Source of the DNA: Torpedo marmorata
Taxonomy: Eukaryota
DNA length: 64,000 nucleotides
Direction: 5' to 3'
Assembly: GCA_977017645.1 (NCBI GenBank)
Contig: OZ360245.1
Coordinates: 21,638,001 to 21,702,000 of the forward strand
Below, in pieces: positions 53,430 to 64,000 of this stretch. The first letter of the stretch is position 1; each line of letters starts with the position of its first letter. The translations under genes were made by a program, and so were the position numbers. The notes beneath the pieces were generated by a model, which made no database searches, had not been told where the DNA came from, and was given only the letters and a program-made list of their open reading frames with translations.

Positions 53430-54985
53430 AAAGACAACACCGTAAAATGGCGGTGCTGCTGGAGCCGCTGTAGCGGCAGTGCTGCCGCTGGTGCAGACCC
53501 GCGGGGAGCAGAGGTGCAGTGCACCCTCGGGGTCCAGCCGCCCAGTTGACTGCCGTCGGCTCCACACGGGTTTTGAACGGCCCGTTGAGGGAGCCGACGG
53601 TGGTTTTATTTGAGATCCCGCGACTGCGGGGTCTGCGCCCAAGATGGCAGCGCCTATTAATCGGCAGCAGCCACGAGGGACTCCAGGGAAGCAAAGGACT
53701 GGAGCAGGGCACCAGAGGACAGAAAGATCACCCCCATCTGAGAAGGAGAAGTGGAGGAGACGACACATGGGACGGTGACCACGGCGGCGGACCAGTGAGG
53801 GGCTCTGAGGATGAAGGCCAGTACATTTGGCGGGCTGCTGGTGACTCGAGGCGTGGAACCCGCAGAGGCTGTGGGCTGCTGGAGACTGCTGTCGGGAGAC
53901 TCGCGTTGGGCTGCTGGAGACTGCTGTCGGGAGACTCGCGTTGGGCTGCTGGAGACTGCTGTCGGGAGACTCACGTTGGGGTGCGGACTGCTGGAGACTG
54001 CTGTCGGGAGACTCACGTTGGGGTGCGGACTGCTGGAGACTGCTGTCGGGAGACTCATGTTGGGCTGCGGACTGCTGGAGACTGCTGTCGGGAGACTCGC
54101 GTTGGGCTGCGGACTGCTGGAGACTGCTGTTGGGAGACTCACGCTGGGCTGCGGACTACTGGAGACTGCTGTCGGGAGACTCACGCTGGGCTGCGGACTG
54201 CTGGAGACTGCTGTCAGGAGACTCACGCTGGGCTGCGGACTGCTGGAGACTGCTGTCGGGAGACTCACGCTGGGCTGCGGACTGCTGGAGACTGCTGTCG
54301 GGAGACTCACGTTGGGCTGCGGACTGCTGGAGACTGCTGTCGGGAGACTCGCGTTGGGCTGCGGACTGCTGGAGACTGCTGTCAGGAGACTCACGTTGGG
54401 CTGCGGACTGCTGGAGACTGCTGTCGGGAGACTCACGCTGGGCTGCGGACTGCTGGAGACTGCTGTCGGGAGACTCACGTTGGGCTGCGGACTGCTGGAG
54501 ACTGCTGTCGGGAGACTCGCGTTGGGCTGCGGACTGCTGGAGACTGCTGTCGGGAGACTCACGTTGGGCTGTGGGCTGCTGGAGACTGCTGTCGGGAGAC
54601 TCGCGTTGGGCTGCGGACTGCTGGAGACTGGCTCGAACTGGCTGGAAGAGTACCGGGTATCGGAACCAGGATGCGAGGGGGTGCCGAGGGCGTCGAAGGG
54701 TTCCTGACTGTGTCGGAGGTTCAGATCTGGAGCTCGGGTTGCCGATGGTTTGGACTGGACTCTGTGTGGCTGCGGAGGCTGCGGAAGTGCTGGAGGTGAA
54801 TCTACGGACACTCAGTGACTCTGGGGGGACTCTCTTTTGCTTCTCTTTCTCTGACTGTAAGGAATGTAAGAGGCGCTTAGACAATTTCTGCCGATGGCGA
54901 ATCTATCTGCCTTGCAGCAGGCAAAAAGAAATTTCATGGAATATGACACTGTTTTATTACTATGACAATAAATTGAATCTTGAAA
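53430..54985 (+). mobile_element. CpG-rich non-autonomous retroelement-like insertion containing a tandem array
   Basis: GC/CpG-rich island in an AT-rich intron. Its 3' end (gacaataaattgaatcttgaa) resembles Rex/RTE tails and is homologous to 31950-32276. Confidence 0.6.
53876..54630. repeat. 42-bp minisatellite, ~18 units (gactgctggagactgctgtcgggagactcacgttgggctgcg)
   Basis: Head-to-tail units with no spacers; the first two units are 35-bp variants. Confidence 0.95.
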
Positions 54986-56634
54986 ATAGTAAAACATTGC
55001 ATCATGTAACACACAGACAGATGAAGCAAGACTTCAGGTTCAGGTGAGTTAGCCAAGGTTTTCAGCTAATATCCACCTCTGGGATAAAGAGATTGAAACA
55101 TCTTGTCTAAATGCAGAAAGAGTGCACACAAGGCAAACACAGAATGGCCTCGGGTATGGCGAGTAGCCTGTTTAGGCTCAATTGGGAATACTACAAGATG
55201 GCAGGATATCAGGAAAACTTCATATTCGCAAAATAAAGCACTCTACTTCAGAGGGTGAAATTTGGAAAGAAAGTTATGGACCAATTACCTTATACAAAGG
55301 ACATTTTCATTCTTTTCTTTTCCCATCTAGCCAGTTTACATCATTCACCTTTTATCTGGCATCTAGATCTGTTAACACTGCTAAAGGATCAGGCACTCAC
55401 AATATAATCAACAGTTATGCTTTGGAGCTACCACATTTTACACAAAGACCTCTTTTCATGAACTGACAACACCTCCTGAACACTACACAAATTGCACAAT
55501 TGGTACTTGGAAAAGGATATTGAATAATTACCGTAAGTCAAATAACCAACCTTCAGAGAAATTTAAACCACCCTTAGAGTATAATGCAATATCAAAGCCA
55601 GCTAAATCAGTCCAAATAATGACAATAAACTTTTAAAAAAATCTTACCTTATTTGACTTCCAGCTCCACCTCCCCCCCCCCCCCACATGTATTGTTGGTT
55701 ATGTTAAATGCACTTTAAACCCAAAATATACTAGGTTAGAGCCATGTGTTCCAAAGGATTAAACTCAAATGAGCTTTGATTTTTAGTTGTTTCTTCCTGT
55801 TTTGGTAGCTAGCTTCTATTTATAAGAAACTTGTGAAAAATGCCAGACTGATGAATAACAGGAACGATTTGAATGCAATCCATTTTCAGACGAATTAAAC
55901 GAACTGAACTCCAGGCAGTTTGTTTTCCACTCTAGTTCAGCTACCCTCTATGCTGTAGTACATACAGAGTTAAATACCACATGTTACTTATCCTCATCAG
56001 ATAATGGGAAAGTGCTGAACCAAAAGCTTTTCCAAAAATGGATAAGTTTTTCCAGTCTCCAAAAAGTCTGTTGGCAGCAACAACAAGCATTCCCTACAGT
56101 AAGCACATTCCTATCACAGTTCCTTACCAAATCTGCACAATTCATTTTTGGTGACGCCCAGACCACCAGTTCCAATATTACGCTACATTCTATACTTCCT
56201 TCATAAGAGTTTGACATGAAAAATAATTTTAAAGAATATGTAACACATTATATCAAATGTGTTTTTACACACACAAAGATGTTGCCCAACTTGACTTTTC
56301 AGCAGTTTGTTAAACACTCAATGTTATTGTAGCTTCCAATTGCACTTTACATATGTTTAATCATGAAAAGATGCATAGTTTTACATGTATTCCTTGATTT
56401 ATGAATGCTCTATTCATAAATGTTTACCTCAATGCTGTTGACTCTTTGGGGTATGTTTGATTTGATTTACAAATCAAATTTTTACCTTCCAGAACAACAC
56501 ACCACTCTGTCCATTGGAACACATTGTACCAACCTACCTTTAATGCATTTCAGCCAATATACAGATTTTTCTTAATGAAATCCCTTTCCGAGATCTAGTA
56601 ATAGTTGTACAGCAAAAATTAACTATTGATATAC

Positions 56635-56707
56635 CTGCGTCATTCTCACGTCGATCAACTTCATCGTAAACATCCATCGCAAGTTCTTCAAAAAGTCGGT
56701 TATTCAG
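56635..56707 (-). CDS. GIT1: GIT1 coding exon (Spa2-homology repeat 1): LNNRLFEELAMDVYDEVDRRENDA
   Basis: Manual reverse translation matches the GIT SHD motif FEELAMDVYDEVDRRE. Acceptor tgcag, donor gtatat; 73 nt, phase 0 to 1. Upstream exons were not found in the window. Confidence 0.95.
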
Positions 56708-57589
56708 CTGCACATAAAGAAAGACAATAGATGTAGCAATCTATAGACTTCAAGCTTCTCGTACAAAGGACTGTCCAGGCTGAAACCAAGTTGTTTTATA
56801 TTTCATTGATGCAGTTCAAAAGATGGTTTACTCAAGCCTTCTAAATGACAAAGCAAACAGTTGCAACTTATTTTAAATCTTTAGAAGAATATTATTTTGC
56901 CTCAAGAAAATTAAAGCCTTTCTGTCTGTGAGCACAGGCCTACTTTTCAATCATTTTAATTACTGTATTTAACTTTGCTCGAGGTGATAAGTTTCTAGCT
57001 TGTAATTCAAGGGCTTCCAAAAATATTTTATGGTGTTGTCCCAAGGTCAGTTTATACACATCACTAGCTTGAAGCAGATATTGCTGATCTGCTGATGGCT
57101 GTAGCCTCCTGGAGTAGGAGTACATCTACCTACTGTGAGAACCAAGTTTGTGTTTATTTTTATTTCTTTCCCACTTCCAATGGTTTGTGCTTTCTTCCAG
57201 CTGGTTTATCAAAGGGAATGCATTTTATCTGTACTTCCGCAGCAGGCATTGTGGCAAGCTGCAGGGAGGTTATTGATCTGCTGTCTATTAGCAGCTTTAT
57301 ACTGTTGCAGATTTCCACCTCTGTGTCACATTTTGCTTTTAGAAGCTATGGGCACTATGCACAACAGTCCTTACAAATATTCACGCAGAGCCAAAGCATG
57401 GCAAAATTCTGCCTGCCAAACAATCTACAACTCCTATAAGGGATGTCTGTTGCATTCCCAGTTCTGTTGCCAGCTGATCGGGTTCTCATGTTGCTGCTTT
57501 GCCTCTCTCCTTCCCATGCTGTTGTATAGAGTAGAGCAATAGGTACAGAAGAGCAAAGTGAAAATAATAAAAGTACACACACACAAATT

Positions 57590-58390
57590 CAAGATCGTAG
57601 CTGATATTCTACCTCCGTAGCAGTTACCAGCATTATTCCCAAATCCCTTAATTCCTCTAGTCCAGAAATCTATTGATCTATTTTGAATGAACATGACTGA
57701 GCCTCCAGAACATTTGGGGGCCAGAATTCCACAAGTTCATAATCTCGAGTGAAGAAATTTCTCCTCTCATCAGTCCAAAACAACTCATTCCCTTTTCTGA
57801 AATATGTATCTTTCTGGCCCTAGGCTCCTCAACCAGAAGAAACATCCACAATCTAAAAATATGCTCCCTGACCAAGACTCCTTCGCCAAAGAAACATCCT
57901 TCCTGCATCCAACCTGTCAAGCCCTTTAAGTACTCAGGTTTCAATTAGATCTCTTCTTACTGTTCTACACTGTAGAGAATGCAGCCCCATCCTAGTCATC
58001 CTTTCTTCACACAGCAAATTCACTATCGCAGGAGTAATTTAGAAAATCTTCACTGTATTTTCGTGACATCAAGTGCATCCTTTCTTAGGTACTGAAACTA
58101 AAGGTTCTAAATGTGGTCTCATCAAGGCCACATAAAATTGCAGTAAGACTTCCTTGCTCCTATATTGAAATCCTCTCACAATATAGGTTAACCATGTCTT
58201 CCTAATCACGTGCTGCAATTGCATGTTAGCTTCTGTGACCTATCTACTAGAACAACTGGATCTCCTTTAACATCAATTCTCTCATCATTTTACAAACATC
58301 AATTCTCTCATTTTACAAATAATCTCTAATTTGCAAAGATCTTGACCTCACATTCCCCCACCCCCCCCCCTCCACCATGATATTCCAGGT
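57590..58390 (-). mobile_element. Degenerate CR1 3' fragment
   Basis: Reverse complement resembles the CR1 C-terminal RT and 3' UTR (MNLWNS.P, LMRPHLE). Confidence 0.65.
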
Positions 58391-58840
58391 GCTTTGTCCT
58401 CTCACTCCATTATTCAAAATATACACCATCGATTGTGACGTGAACATTATCTACTGGCTTCTAGTTTTAACTGAATAAAGGAGAGATCATAGAATGAGAC
58501 AAGAAAATAGCAATAACCCCACAACATCATGTTGAAGAAATAGACATTGGTTTATTCACTGTAAATGTGACCTCAAATCAAGATTCTTTTGGGCTCAATT
58601 AGATATTTGACAGTTTCAAAATGCTGGACACTATGGAAGAGAGTGATTTTGGAGTATTTCATAATTTTAAAGGCAAAACTTAGTTGCACTATTTTGAATA
58701 GATTTACAAAACACTATTACCATGGAGGGTAAGGTCAGATTTGTGTTGTTATGTTCCTTTGTGTCTTTACCAATTATCTCAACAAGGCAAAAATGCAGCA
58801 GCAAGGCAAGAAAGCCCCATGGAAAGCACATACGCTTATA

Positions 58841-61114
58841 CAGTGCCCTCCATAATGTTTTGGACAAAGACACATTTTTCCCCTTCATTTGCCCCTGTGC
58901 TCCACAGTTTTAAATTTGTAATCAAGCAATTCACATGTGATTAAGGTGCACATTCCAGATTTTATTCAAGAGTATTTGTGAACATTTTGGTTTGACCATG
59001 TAGAAATTACAGCACTTTTTATACATAGTTCCCTCATTTCAGAGCACCATAATATTTGGGACATAGCAATGGTATGTATATTAAAGTAGTTATGCTTAGT
59101 ACTTTGTTGCATATCCCTTGCCTACAATGACTGCTTGAAGTCTGTGATTCATAGACATCACCAGGTGCTGGGTATCTTCTCTGGTGATGCTCTGCCAGGC
59201 CTCTACTGCAGCCATCCTCAGCTCCTGCTTGTTTCAGGGGCTTGCCCCCTTACGTTTTCTCTTCAGCATATGGAAGGCATGCTCAATTGGATTTAGATTG
59301 GGTGACTGACTTGGCCATTCAAGAATTTTCCAGTTTTGAGCTTTGCAAAAGTCATTTGTTGCTTTAGCAGTATGTTTGGGATCATTGTCTTGCTGTAGGA
59401 TGAAGTGCTGTCCAATGACTTTGGAGGCACTTGCTCGAACATGAGCAGATAAGATGTTTCTATACACCTCAGAATTAATTTTTTAAGATTAAAATATTAT
59501 CTCTGCAACTCAGGAGAAAGTTTTAGCTTTTACTATGCTGATAACCAGACGGGCAATTCTATTGAAATGGAAAGAAGATTCCTCCCCTACGCATACACAG
59601 TGGTTACACGATGTAATGTTGTGTTTAAGTCTAGAGAAAATTAGATACAACATTAAAGACAATAACTTTCAATTTGATAAGATCTGGGGCCCATTCATGG
59701 AATATTATCACGATTGGAAGATTTAAGAGATTTGGATGCTCCGAGGAGTCTTTGTCTGAACTCTGGAGGTCGCTGTTTGATCCATATTTGTACTCTTTCT
59801 TTTTCTTTTAAATGGCAATCTTGATTAGAGGAAGGGGTTAGAATAGAATTAGGTTAGTTTTGTTTTGGGTTTTTTTTGGATTTTTTTCTTTTTATTCTTT
59901 TTTGTTTGTTTCTTTTCTTATTTTGAGTAATTGGGAAAGAGGTTTAGACTTGTCTATTACTGTTAATTTTTAAAAAATTAAATAGAAATTAACTCTGATC
60001 TACAAGAAAAAGGTTCCATGTAGTACAATTAAGTTATACTATATGCATACAAAAAGATGTACTGTTTATTACGAATCATGTATATGTGATATATGTTAAA
60101 CTCAATAAAAATATTTTAAAAATTAATTAATTAATTTTGCTACTGCCATCAGCAGAAGATAAGTGCGCCAGTACCTGTTGCAGCCATACATGCCCAGGGC
60201 ATAACACCCCACAACTATGTTTCACAGATGAGGTGTTATGCTTTGGATCTTGGGCAGTTATTTTACGCCTCCACACTTTGCACTTGCCATCACTCTGATA
60301 CAGGTTAATCTTGGTCTCATCTGTCCACAAGATCTTTTTCCAGAATTCTGCAGGCTCTTTTAAATACTTCTTGGCAAACTGTAATCTGGCCATCCTGCTT
60401 CTGTGGCTAACTAGTGGATTGGATCTTGCAGCGTAGCCTCTGTATTTCTGTTCATGAAGTCTTCAGCAGACAGTAATCATTGACACATCTTCCTCCTGAA
60501 GAGTGTTTATGATCTGTCAGACAGGCGTTTGGGGATTTTTCTTCATTGTGATGAGAATTCTTCTGTCATCAGCAATGGCGGTCTTCCTTGGCCTACCAGT
60601 CCCTTTGCGATTACTGAGCTCACCAATACGCTCTTTCTTCTTAATGATGTTCCAAACAATTGATTTTGGTAATCCTCAGGTTTGGGTGATGTCTCTTCCC
60701 GTTTTATTCTTGTTGTTCAGCCTCATAATGGCTTCTTTGACTTTCATTGGCACATCTCTGGTCCTCGTGTTGAAAAATGGCAACTACAGACTCCAAAGGT
60801 GATCAAAAGCTTAGAACCAAGCCTAACTCTCTTATACCTGCACCAATGAAGCAATTAAACATACCTGTACTCACAAACACCTGTGAAGCTGAATGTCCCA
60901 AATATTAAAGTGCCCTGAAATGAGGGAACTATGTATAAAAAGTGCTGAGATTTTCACATGGTCAAACCAAAATGTATACAAATAACCTTGAATAAAATCT
61001 GGAATGTGCATTTTAATTACATGTGAATTGTTTGATTACAAATTTAAAACTGTGGAGCACAGGGGCAAATAAAGGAAAAAAATGTCTTTGTCCCAAACAT
61101 TATGGAGGGCACTG
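58841..61114 (-). mobile_element. Tc1 (DD34E) transposon with long IR/DR termini, interrupted by L1; defective
   Basis: TIRs CAGTGCCCTCCATAATGTTT... (about 220 bp), TA TSD; motifs WTDETKIN and QQDNDPKH...SPNLNPIE with D-34-E spacing. Confidence 0.93.
59483..60128 (+). mobile_element. 5'-truncated L1-clade LINE inside the Tc1
   Basis: ORF2 C-terminus RRAILLKWK...LSLEKIRY...KIWGPF, AATAAA near 60104, and ~10-bp TSD aattaatttt. Confidence 0.85.
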
Positions 61115-61334
61115 TAAATCAGACCGCAAATGTTCAGCTGATATTCTGCACTGTCTAGGATTAACCTTCCAACAGTACCTGAAATGTCCTCTTTTCTCTA
61201 TATCTATCTAAATCATTCGTTTAAAAAAATGATTACAATAAAGATTACTCTATTTAATTCACTCAGCCTGTGATTTAAAAATACCTAAAAGTCAATTGGT
61301 CAGGGGAGTTCATTACTGTCAAAGTAAAAAATTG

Positions 61335-61495
61335 CAGGTGCTGGAAAAAGTCAGCAGATCAGGCAGCATCTGTGGAGAGAAACGGAATTAACATTTCAAG
61401 TTGATGATCAGTTCTGATGAAGTCATCTACCTGAAATATCAACTCTCTCTCTACCAATGCTTCCTGGCCTGTTAAGTATCACCAGCATTTTCTCT
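61335..61495. repeat. Palindromic Penelope-pLTR-derived repeat; related decayed copies at about 15045-15180, 16000-16165 and 50510-50680
   Basis: Arms gctggaaaaagtcagcag.tcaggcagcat / atgcttcctggcctgttaagtatcaccagc; central ctgatga...gaaa. Confidence 0.6.
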
Positions 61496-61519
61496 TTTAT
61501 TAATTTCTAGAATAGGCAG

Positions 61520-64000
61520 GTTTTTTAAAAAAAAATATTTTATTTAAATTTTTAAATCACAAAATACATAAAATAATTTTGCATATATTTAAAAATACAT
61601 GTGATATACATTTTCTCCCCCCATTCCCACCCTCCCCTCCCTAACCCCTATATCCCCACTACTCTAAAAAATAAAATATAGTAAAAGAAAAAAAAAAGAT
61701 AGAAATATAGAGTGAGGAGACAACAAACTTCAAACTAATTTACCAGAGAGGTTATTTTCGCCAGTGGATCCGATATCTAGAGAATTTAAATTGTTAAACC
61801 CATAATTCTCATGTATGGGCCCCAAATTTTCAAGAAAAAATGATATTTATTTTGCAAATTGTAAGTAATTTTTTCTAATGGTATACATGAACGTAACTCT
61901 GCATGCCATCGTTCTAAACTTAAATCCACATCTGACTTCCAAGTAATAGCTATACACTTTTTCGAAACTGCTAATACTATACGTAAAAATTCTACTTGGT
62001 ACATATTTAATCTATTTCTAATACTAAATTTTTTAATATCTCCAAATAAAAATAACATAGGATCCATTGTAAACCCAACATTAAAAATTCTCTCTAAAAA
62101 ATTCTTAACTTTCAACCAAAAATCTTGAATTTTTGAACATAACCATGTACAATGTACAAAAGAACCTATTTCACTTTTACATCTAAAACACATATCTGAT
62201 AACGCTGGATTAAATTTCTTCAATTTTTTAGGTGTTAAATATAATTGATGAAAAAAATTATATTGTACTAATCTATATCTAACATTAATAACTTTAGTCA
62301 TACTTAATTTACATAAGTCTTTCCAATGATTTTCATCTATATTAACATTTAAGTCTAATTCCCATTTTAATCTAGATTTATGTAACCCTACTTTAGACAT
62401 CTTTCTCTGAAATAATTTATACATTTGTGATATAAACTTATTAATATTAACTTCAGTAATTAACAATTCCAATTCATTTTGTCTTTGTGCTATTAATTCA
62501 TTCCCTAATCTCTCAATCAAAAAGGCTTTAACTTGAAAATAAACTAACATTGTATTGTCTAAAATATTAAATTTTTCTTTTAACCTTTGAAAAGTAATGA
62601 ATCTACCAGCTTCAAAACAATCTTTTAAGGTCTTAATTCCCTTTTGAAACCATAATTTAAGTAACTGATTGTCAATAGAAAATGGTATAAGCGGATTTTG
62701 GTATATTGGTGTATTTAGAGAAATTGATCCTTTTCGACCTATCTCTTTATCTACCTGTGACCAAATTTCCAACAAATGTTTAATAATTGGTGAATTTTTC
62801 TTTTTAACTGATAACAATTTAGAATTCCACTTATAAATAATCTCTTCTTTATGTATTTCTCCTATATTATTCAATTCTATATTAATCCAAGCAGAAGATT
62901 TAGTTGAATCAAAAAATTCATTAATAAATTTTAATTGAGCTACTTTGTAATAATACTGAAAATTGGGAAGTTGCAATCCTCCCATCTCATAATTCCATGT
63001 TAATTTATCTATACTTACTCTTGCCAACTTTCCTTTCCATAAAATTTTCCTAATAACAAATTTTAAATCCTTAAAAAATTTATTTGGGATACCATAAGGA
63101 ATCAATTGAAAAAGATATTGAATTCTTGGAAAAACATTCATTTTAATACAGTTTACTCTTCCCATCAAAGTTATAGGTAAGTCTTTCCAAAGTTCTAAGT
63201 CTTTTTTTATTTTCATAAATAAAGGTATATAGTTTAATTTATACAAATTTTCCAACTTTGTATCCACTTTAACTCCCAAATATTTAATACTTTCTTTAGC
63301 CCATTTAAAGTCCGTAACCTCTCTACATCTAGTATAATCCCCTTGAGATAAAGCCAAAATCTCACTTTTATCTGAATTAATTTTATATCCAGATATCTCA
63401 CCATATTCTATCAATATAGTAGCCAATTGCTGAAGTGATGTGACAGATTTTGTCATATATATTAATACATCATCTGCAAACAAGCTAATCTTATGTTCTT
63501 CCCTACCAACTTTTATACCCATTATATTTATATCTTCTCTAATCATTTCAGCTAAAGGTTCTATTACCAAAACAAATAAAGCAGGTGACAGAGGGCATCC
63601 CTGTCTTGTTGATCTTGATAATAAAATTTTTTGCGATATTTGTCCATTTGTAACTACTTTAGCCGTAGGTTCTTTGTATATAGTTTTAATCCAATTTATA
63701 AAATTATTTCCAAAACCTTAAATAAAAAATTCCACTCTACCCTATCAAAAGCCTTCTCTGCATCCAATGTTACCACCAATGGTAAATCTTGTTTCTTCTT
63801 ATATAAATTAATCAAACGTATCAATCTAGCTATATTATCTTTCGAATATCTATTCTTAATAAATCCAGCTTGATCTGAATGTATCAGGTTTGGTAAATAT
63901 TTAGCTAATCTATTTGCTAAAATTTTTGCCATTATTTTATAATCTACATTTAACAATGAAATAGGCCTGTAAGACTCGGTTTTCAACACATCTCTATCTT
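61520..64000 (-). mobile_element. L1-clade LINE ORF2 (RT + C-terminal CCHC) and 3' UTR; continues beyond the window
   Basis: Motifs [40 protein letters not shown] and CFRC..GSFVHCTWLC; stop at 61786; one frameshift near 63715. Confidence 0.95.

Noticed and set aside
53876-54630. CRISPR-like array or repeat-protein gene (ORFs of 242-426 aa)
   Set aside because: Units are contiguous with no unique spacers and there are no cas genes. The context is a eukaryotic intron, and the ORFs arise from a stop-poor 42-bp unit.
12695-56707. Assignment to GIT2
   Set aside because: TTREKKQ, PPEPGAPVD and RRDRQAFSMYE match GIT1 rather than GIT2.

Overview
Eukaryotic, not prokaryotic: a repeat-rich vertebrate genomic window, most likely a cartilaginous fish (shark/ray), judging by the HE1-like tRNA SINEs, HER1/CR1-like LINEs and Penelope elements. 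The only host gene is the 3' half of GIT1 (ARF-GAP GIT1) on the minus strand. I traced 11 coding exons by hand with GT/AG boundaries and consistent phases (56707 down to the stop at 12695), covering the Spa2-homology repeats, coiled coil and paxillin-binding C-terminus. The 5' exons lie beyond the window, and the 3' UTR probably runs about 6.8 kb to an AATAAA near 5885. Introns and flanks are filled with transposons, often nested: CR1, L1 and Rex1-like LINE pieces, a Penelope element with a minimal hammerhead ribozyme, a nearly intact pogo/Passer DD35D transposon, a Tc1 DD34E copy split by an L1, two solo LTRs, hAT/Harbinger/Tigger-type MITEs, many SINEs and two minisatellites. I found no CRISPR array and no clearly new multi-gene system. 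The most notable items are the Passer transposase, the Penelope hammerhead and its palindromic derivatives, a MITE that captured SINE heads as a palindrome, and a promoter-dense solo LTR. All family assignments come from recalled motifs, not database searches.
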